From: Gammaproteobacteria bacterium
GTDB taxonomy: Bacteria > Pseudomonadota > Gammaproteobacteria > Ga0077536
NCBI GenBank assembly: GCA_016874535.1
Contig: VGUA01000001.1
Location: 41,188-105,187 of the forward strand
Length of the DNA stretch: 64,000 nucleotides
Reading direction: 5' to 3'
Shown here: in pieces, positions 59,395-64,000 of the stretch
Layout: each line of letters opens with the position of its first letter
How positions within the stretch are numbered: position 1 is the stretch's first letter
The notes under the pieces: generated by a model
The model's input: the letters and a program-made list of their open reading frames with translations, nothing else
Databases searched by the model: none
What the model was told of the DNA's origin: nothing
Made by a program: the position numbers and the translations under genes

Positions 59395-60474
59395 ATGCCC
59401 AAATTGACCTTCACCGAAACCAGGCTGTCTCTGTCGCGGACCTACGCGCTCCCTGAGAGAGAAGACGCGCCAACGACAGCCCCGGTAGCGCTCACCCCGG
59501 TTGGCTACGAGCACCTGTCCCTGTTGCCCGAGGCTCTGGAACCGGCGATGGAGGTTCCCTCCTCAGAGGACCCTCCGCCAGCCGATAGCCGCCTGGCCAA
59601 TCCCAATCCCTACGGATTCACGCCATCGCTGCCGGAAATCTTCTACGCACAGGAACCCATCCTTGCGGAAGACGGCACAGTCATCGGTTACCTCGATACC
59701 TGCACTTGGCAACAGGACGGATACACCTCCACCTTCGTAGTCGAGTACGACGCTGACTTCAATGTGGTGAGCACGCTCTACTACGACAGCGCGGGATATT
59801 CGTCCTACAGCCTGTTCTACGCCGTCGTCGATGAGGAAGGCAACATCACGGGCTACGAAAACTTCTCTTCCTGGACAGATGGCACCGGAGCATGGGGCGA
59901 GTCGGTGAACGTGTACGACGCGTCTTGGCAGTTCCTCGGCAGTGAATATCGTGACTCCTGGGGCAATATCGTCAATACCGTCTACTTCTATGCGGAAGAC
60001 GGCAGCCGGGCAGGCCAAGAGGTCCGCGCGAGCTGGACGGACGCCGAGGGCGGCGTGACGGAAACCACCACTGTCTACGACGCCAACTGGCAGTGCATCT
60101 ATACCGAATCCCGGGACAGCTGGGGTACCACGGTCACCACGCAGTACATCTACGGCGAAACTGGAGAACTGGTGGCGCTGGAGATTACCGCCTCAGGCGT
60201 GGACGAGAACGGAGAAGCCTGGAGCAGCTACACCTGGCAGCCAATGGTTGAGGTGGATACGGGTGGAATCGACTGGGTCGATTTGCTGCCTGTCACGGAG
60301 GTGCCGCCGGAGGAGCCGCGGCCGGAGGAAATCCCGCAGATCATCATCTGTGAATTCCTGGTGCCTCATCCGGAGACTATCGACCTCGACCTTCAACCCC
60401 CGGAAGCCATCGAACCGATTCCGGTCGAGTGGCTGCGCCCTGCAGAGCTCGTCGGCGTACCCGGAAATTGGTGA
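59395..60474 (+). CDS. acidic Tyr/Trp/Thr-rich protein with internal ~43-aa tandem repeats, unknown function
   Basis: Repeats such as YDASWQFLGSEYRDSWGNIVNTVYFYAEDG and YDANWQCIYTESRDSWGTTVTTQYIYGETG. No signal peptide. A/T-ending codons (AAT, TAT, GAA) are more frequent than in neighbouring genes. The stop codon lies inside repeat copy 6. Confidence 0.5.
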   Translation: MPKLTFTETRLSLSRTYALPEREDAPTTAPVALTPVGYEHLSLLPEALEPAMEVPSSEDPPPADSRLANPNPYGFTPSLPEIFYAQEPILAEDGTVIGYLDTCTWQQDGYTSTFVVEYDADFNVVSTLYYDSAGYSSYSLFYAVVDEEGNITGYENFSSWTDGTGAWGESVNVYDASWQFLGSEYRDSWGNIVNTVYFYAEDGSRAGQEVRASWTDAEGGVTETTTVYDANWQCIYTESRDSWGTTVTTQYIYGETGELVALEITASGVDENGEAWSSYTWQPMVEVDTGGIDWVDLLPVTEVPPEEPRPEEIPQIIICEFLVPHPETIDLDLQPPEAIEPIPVEWLRPAELVGVPGNW

Positions 60475-60531
60475 AAGTTACCCTATTTCTTCGTTGATCG
60501 GCAGAAATTGGTGACAGTTACCCTATTTCTT
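60462..60531. repeat. Palindromic repeat family, copy 6 (two direct half-units)
   Basis: GGAAATTGGTGAAAGTTACCCTATTTCTTCG ... GAAATTGGTGACAGTTACCCTATTTCTTTG. Confidence 0.8.
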
Positions 60532-60728
60532 TGAGCAGAGCCCCGCTCAGTATCCCCAACCGGTCCCGGTCCCGGCCCCTTCGCCTCATTGCCACGTCCA
60601 GTGGCATGCAAGCCATCAACACTCACCGTCGAAAACAGCCTTTCGGTGCGCTGCAGTGCGAGGTGCGTCTGTAACGCTTTGATGTCAGGATTCCGGGACA
60701 AAGAGCGAACGGCGAGGATCAGAATCCC

Positions 60729-61538
60729 ATGGGACGCATGCCACCAGAAGTAATGATGAGCGAGCTCAGTCTGCTGTGGCAGAACGTGTTCAGCTGGGTA
60801 AGTTGGGGCTTGGTCTTGATCATGCTTCTGGTAGCGTTCGTTCTGGGCCGTCGCCACCGCACGCCTTTTTATGTATTCGCGATCATTGCTGCAGGCATGG
60901 GAGCCTGGGCTGAGCCCTTGTACGACGTTGCTTTCGATTTGTGGTTTCACGACGTGCATGACGGTCAACCCGGTGCGATGTTTTCGCATTTCACGGCATT
61001 TGGTGTGGTTCAACCGTACTGGTCCCACAGCGGTTACATCATCTTGTATGCCGCGGCATGCCTCTACGCGGGCAAGAGGATGTATGACGGCGGAATTTCG
61101 CCGACTCTGTTGGGGGTGATCTGGGTGGCCGAAATCTTCGCGTCCTGTCTCTTCGAAGTAATAGGCACGAGCACCGGGGTATATACCTACTACGGGCCCT
61201 ACGTGATGCGACTGTGGAATTACCCGTTTGTCATCGGGGTGCTGGAGGGCACACAGACCACGCTCTTCACGGTTCTGGCGGTGCTCTGGTGGCGCAAAGC
61301 CACACGGCCCATCGAGCTCGCGGGCCTCATCCTCTTGTTCCCTGTGACCATGCTGGGCGCGAATTTCGGGCTGGGCTGGCCGATCATCATCGCCCTGCAT
61401 CTCGCGGAGCCTACCTTCAGCCCAGCCTTGGTCTGGCTGGGCACGCTCTTGAGCATCGCACTATGTTCACTGGCGGTTCTCTGCATCAGCCGATTTCTAC
61501 CCCGCGCTGGTGACGCAGCACTCCCGGCGAGGGGATGA
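60729..61538 (+). CDS. polytopic membrane protein, unknown function
   Basis: 269 aa with about 7 hydrophobic helices rich in Trp and Tyr. No recognisable family. Confidence 0.5.
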   Translation: MGRMPPEVMMSELSLLWQNVFSWVSWGLVLIMLLVAFVLGRRHRTPFYVFAIIAAGMGAWAEPLYDVAFDLWFHDVHDGQPGAMFSHFTAFGVVQPYWSHSGYIILYAAACLYAGKRMYDGGISPTLLGVIWVAEIFASCLFEVIGTSTGVYTYYGPYVMRLWNYPFVIGVLEGTQTTLFTVLAVLWWRKATRPIELAGLILLFPVTMLGANFGLGWPIIIALHLAEPTFSPALVWLGTLLSIALCSLAVLCISRFLPRAGDAALPARG

Positions 61539-61692
61539 CCGTCCCCGTTTTTCAGGGATTCCCCAGAACTTTCCACCCCTGACAACACCCGAGGCTCACC
61601 TCCGGCCACGGTGATACGCTATCACCTCGCGGGACCCGGCCGACAAGGCCGGCCACTGAGTCTACGTCGGCGGCACGGGCCGCGTCGGAGGT

Positions 61693-62004
61693 GTGCTGGT
61701 CAATGTGATCGAGCAACATCTGGCCGAAGTCGCCGAGCTATGTAGACGCGCAGGTGCACGAAGGCTTGATGTGTTCGGCCCAGCTGCGCGGGGAGAATTC
61801 GACCCGTCGGCCAGTGATCTCGACTTCGTCGTCGAGTTCGATGAGCTTCCGCCAGCACGCTATGCCGACGCCTTCTTTGCTCTTAAAGAGGGCCTGGAGG
61901 CACTTTTCGGTCTACCGGTCGATCTCGTTACCGAGGCCAGCTTTGCCAACCCGCACTTCCGCGAACGGGTATATGCCGAGAAGCGCGCGGTCTATGCACG
62001 CTGA
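61693..62004 (+). CDS. nucleotidyltransferase-domain protein (MntA-type antitoxin of an MNT/HepT pair)
   Basis: 103 aa with the minimal nucleotidyltransferase motif GPAARGEFDPSASDLDFVVEF (GS...D.D). GTG start. Overlaps the downstream HEPN gene by 11 nt. Confidence 0.75.
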   Translation: MLVNVIEQHLAEVAELCRRAGARRLDVFGPAARGEFDPSASDLDFVVEFDELPPARYADAFFALKEGLEALFGLPVDLVTEASFANPHFRERVYAEKRAVYAR

Positions 62005-62608
62005 CAGCCGCAAACTGCTCTGGGATGCACTGAGAGCAGCCGAGCGCGTACGCCGTTTCACCCAAGGCAAAACCTTCGAGCACTATCAGACCGATGACTT
62101 GCTGAGCTCAGCCGTGGAACGGCAACTCGGGATTGTGGGTGAGGCTCTGAGCCAGCTCCGGCGCATTGACCCGGAGAGTGCCAACCGGATTGAAGGGCTG
62201 TCCCGCGCAGTCGGTTTTCGAAACGTTCTGGTCCATGGATATCAGGCTGTGGATAACCGCCTGGTATGGGGTGTCGTCGATGGCAGTCTGGGCGACCTGA
62301 TGACATCGCTAGCCGCGCTGCTGAAAGTTCCCCGAGGTTCAGGGCCGCACCGGCAGCACGAATCGCAAGGTATGTCGCCACGAGTCATCTCCCAGATGCT
62401 CGGTCAGTGCCGAGCCGGTCGCGCCGGAGAACCTGCCCGAGCCGCCGATGATGGGACGCACCAGGTCGAGGCCGCCGGCAATCGTGCCCTGCCGCCGAGG
62501 GTAGAAGCCGCTCCCGCTGACGAAGATCTGGTCAGGCGAGCCCGCCAGGGTGCCACTGCTGTCGCCAAACACGAAGTTGAGCGTCGTCATTCGCACTTCA
62601 TCCCCTGA
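61994..62608 (+). CDS. HepT-like HEPN-domain toxin (DUF86), 3' end uncertain
   Basis: HEPN Rx4HxY motif FRNVLVHGY about 80 aa from the ATG at 61994. The frame has no stop until 62608. This gives a ~90-aa C-terminal extension that overlaps the convergent gene 62339..62914. Confidence 0.65.
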   Translation: MHADSRKLLWDALRAAERVRRFTQGKTFEHYQTDDLLSSAVERQLGIVGEALSQLRRIDPESANRIEGLSRAVGFRNVLVHGYQAVDNRLVWGVVDGSLGDLMTSLAALLKVPRGSGPHRQHESQGMSPRVISQMLGQCRAGRAGEPARAADDGTHQVEAAGNRALPPRVEAAPADEDLVRRARQGATAVAKHEVERRHSHFIP

Positions 62609-62914
62609 AGCGGGATAGTCGACGCTGGTGGTGAGCAATTGCGCATCCAGTCGGCCTACCTCACGCGCCCGCCGATCAAAGATGGGTGTTGCCGTGAGCA
62701 CGCGCTGGTCGCCCAACTGATGCCCATCAGACCCTGGTGTGGTCAGCTGCGTTGCCACGGGACCATGGGTCACAACCAAAACCTTGGTCGCGCCATTCGC
62801 TTCCCGCCCGGTCGGCTTGTCGCCGGCAGCCAGCACCGTAATGGCGGCGAGCAATCCGGAAACCAGCGTCAGCCAGTAAACGACATGTCTCGTCCCAATG
62901 CTTGTCTGGGGCAT
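62339..62914 (-). CDS. secreted or membrane-anchored hypothetical protein
   Basis: 191 aa with an N-terminal signal/anchor (VVYWLTLVSGLLAAITVLAAG) and a Gly/Thr-rich beta-type body. No family recognised. Confidence 0.5.
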   Translation of the reverse strand: MPQTSIGTRHVVYWLTLVSGLLAAITVLAAGDKPTGREANGATKVLVVTHGPVATQLTTPGSDGHQLGDQRVLTATPIFDRRAREVGRLDAQLLTTSVDYPASGDEVRMTTLNFVFGDSSGTLAGSPDQIFVSGSGFYPRRQGTIAGGLDLVRPIIGGSGRFSGATGSALTEHLGDDSWRHTLRFVLPVRP

Positions 62915-63037
62915 GCCGGCATCTCCACAATCTTGCAGACTGCGACCATAGCCGAGGCCTCATGGGCTCTCCAGATCCACGGCCGACCAATCTCGGAAAA
63001 TGCCAACTGGCGCACGCCCCTGAAATGGGCGACGGGA

Positions 63038-63131
63038 AAGTGGTGGGGAAATTGGTGACAGTTACCCTATTTCCGGAAATAGGGTAACTGTCACCAATTA
63101 CGGACGTCACCAATTACGGACTGTCACCGAT
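63038..63131. repeat. Palindromic repeat family, copy 7 (contains the perfect 50-bp palindrome AATTGGTGACAGTTACCCTATTTCC/GGAAATAGGGTAACTGTCACCAATT at ~63051-63100)
   Basis: The two 25-nt halves are exact reverse complements. It is followed by two extra half-sites (GTCACCAATTACGGAC x2). Confidence 0.9.
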
Positions 63132-63144
63132 ATCGCCGATGGGA

Positions 63145-63360
63145 TCAGCCTTCCCGCTCCGTGGCGCGCTTGAGTGTGTCTCCGTCGCGGAGCCGCGCGG
63201 CTTCTTCCTCGTATTCATTGGCCTCGACCTTCAGCTGGAAGAGATGCCAAGCAAGCCACAGCACGCCGGCCACCACCACCATGAAGAGTTCGCTGCCCAC
63301 GAAAGGGTAGAGCGGTCCGATGTCGGTGATTGTGCCGCTCCAGGATTGAACAGTAGCCAT
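63145..63360 (-). CDS. small membrane protein (71 aa) downstream of the ammonium transporter gene
   Basis: Strong RBS (GAAGGAGA) 6 nt before the ATG. One TM helix (LFMVVVAGVLWLAWHLF) and an acidic C-terminus. Confidence 0.5.
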   Translation of the reverse strand: MATVQSWSGTITDIGPLYPFVGSELFMVVVAGVLWLAWHLFQLKVEANEYEEEAARLRDGDTLKRATEREG

Positions 63361-63387
63361 GTCGATTCTCCTTCGGTTGCTCGGGGA

Positions 63388-64000
63388 TCAGGCGTGCGCT
63401 GCGGGTGCTGCAGCGATTTGCTCTGCGACGTCTTTCCTGATTTCCGTCGCATCGACTTCTCTCTGCAATTCCAGTGACAGGTCCAGGCCGGCGAGTTCGA
63501 CCTCGCGCGGGATGCGCAGCAATCCCAGACGATCAAGAATCTTTGCGGCGACATATCCGGGCAGCAGGCCGAGCCCACCGAACATGATCACGGCGCCGAT
63601 GAAGTTCCCCCAAGGCGTGATCGGCGCGTATCCCTCGGTCGGCGACGAGGGGTAGCCCCACAGCATGAATCCCGCGATCACGACACCCAGGAACCCAGCA
63701 TAGCCGTGGACCGCCACTGCGCCCACCGCACTGTCGAGCTTGAAGCGTCGCTCCGCGTAGTAATGAAGCTTGTAGGCGATAACCGGGACGATTGCGCCGA
63801 TCAGGAATGCCTGAAGTGGGTGATAGAGGTCATTCCCGGCTGAAGCTGCGATGACCCCCGCCAAGCCACCCGAGTAAGTCCAGAACGCATCGCCCTTGGA
63901 GACCAGATAAGTGGCGAGCATCCCGCCGGAAAGCGCCATCAGGAAATTGAATGTGATGGCCGAAAGGGAGGTGGGCGTCAGGTAGATTGTCGTCGCCGAG
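63388..64000 (-). CDS. amtB: ammonium transporter Amt family (partial; 5' end beyond window end)
   Basis: The C-terminal ~200 aa has the Amt signature helices (VAVHGYAGFLGVVIAGFML, GGLGLLPGY) and a cytoplasmic tail. The reading frame is open to position 64000. Confidence 0.8.
   Translation of the reverse strand, partial: SATTIYLTPTSLSAITFNFLMALSGGMLATYLVSKGDAFWTYSGGLAGVIAASAGNDLYHPLQAFLIGAIVPVIAYKLHYYAERRFKLDSAVGAVAVHGYAGFLGVVIAGFMLWGYPSSPTEGYAPITPWGNFIGAVIMFGGLGLLPGYVAAKILDRLGLLRIPREVELAGLDLSLELQREVDATEIRKDVAEQIAAAPAAHA

Overview
This is a 64-kb high-GC window from a gammaproteobacterium. The gene order resembles Pseudomonas (yggX-mutY-asmA, argH next to a divergent algZ/algR-like LytS/LytTR pair, an rsd/algQ-like gene, an AlgP-like KPAA-repeat gene). 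Only protein-coding genes were found; there are no rRNA, tRNA, CRISPR, transposase or integrase genes.

The first ~42.7 kb is mostly housekeeping or core genes: mutY, asmA, argH, algZ/algR, rsmE, rsd, a Hanks-type Ser/Thr kinase, a LuxR/PAS response regulator, a DksA-domain gene, two c-type cytochromes, dienelactone hydrolase, an MBL hydrolase, a DUF2461 gene, glpK, an HpaB-family oxygenase, an MFS transporter, a ycbB/ycbK-like pair, yheU, a CDF transporter, an RND tripartite efflux system, NTF2-like and EamA genes, a Usp gene, pyk, a permease, bfd-bfr, rhodanese, a flavin monooxygenase and an acyl-CoA dehydrogenase.

The last ~21 kb (42.7-63.1 kb) looks like an accessory catabolic island. It encodes two amidase-signature enzymes, an amidohydrolase-3, a RidA protein plus a LigB-type extradiol dioxygenase with a paralogous non-catalytic subunit (reminiscent of the 2-aminophenol 1,6-dioxygenase module AmnBA with deaminase AmnD), a hydantoinase-like cyclic amidohydrolase, an isochorismatase-like hydrolase, a probable lanthanide-type PQQ alcohol dehydrogenase with its cytochrome c, a Baeyer-Villiger monooxygenase, an LLM flavin oxidoreductase, an orphan PIN gene and an MNT/HepT toxin-antitoxin pair. 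No regulator or mobility gene is present.

The island is punctuated by seven copies of a novel ~50-bp perfect palindromic repeat that is absent from the rest of the window. The repeats sit in the intergenic spaces and divide the region into six gene modules. In three cases the repeat supplies a gene's stop codon, and in one case it appears to supply part of the PQQ dehydrogenase signal peptide.

Several genes carry apparent lesions: a frameshifted hydantoinase, a poly-C frameshifted isochorismatase, in-frame TAG stops in the LLM gene and in the ycbB-like L,D-transpeptidase, and a disrupted receiver N-terminus in the LuxR regulator. These are either pseudogenes or sequencing errors.

Other notable features are a DksA domain fused in-frame to a ~300-aa histone-H1-like AKP/KPAA-repeat extension (encoded by 36-bp tandem DNA repeats), an orphan intrinsic terminator upstream of the hpaB-like gene (a candidate sRNA or attenuator), and phased GATTCRGG direct repeats.

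Coordinates of non-CDS features were read by eye and may be off by 1-2 nt. CDS coordinates are derived from the supplied ORF track.
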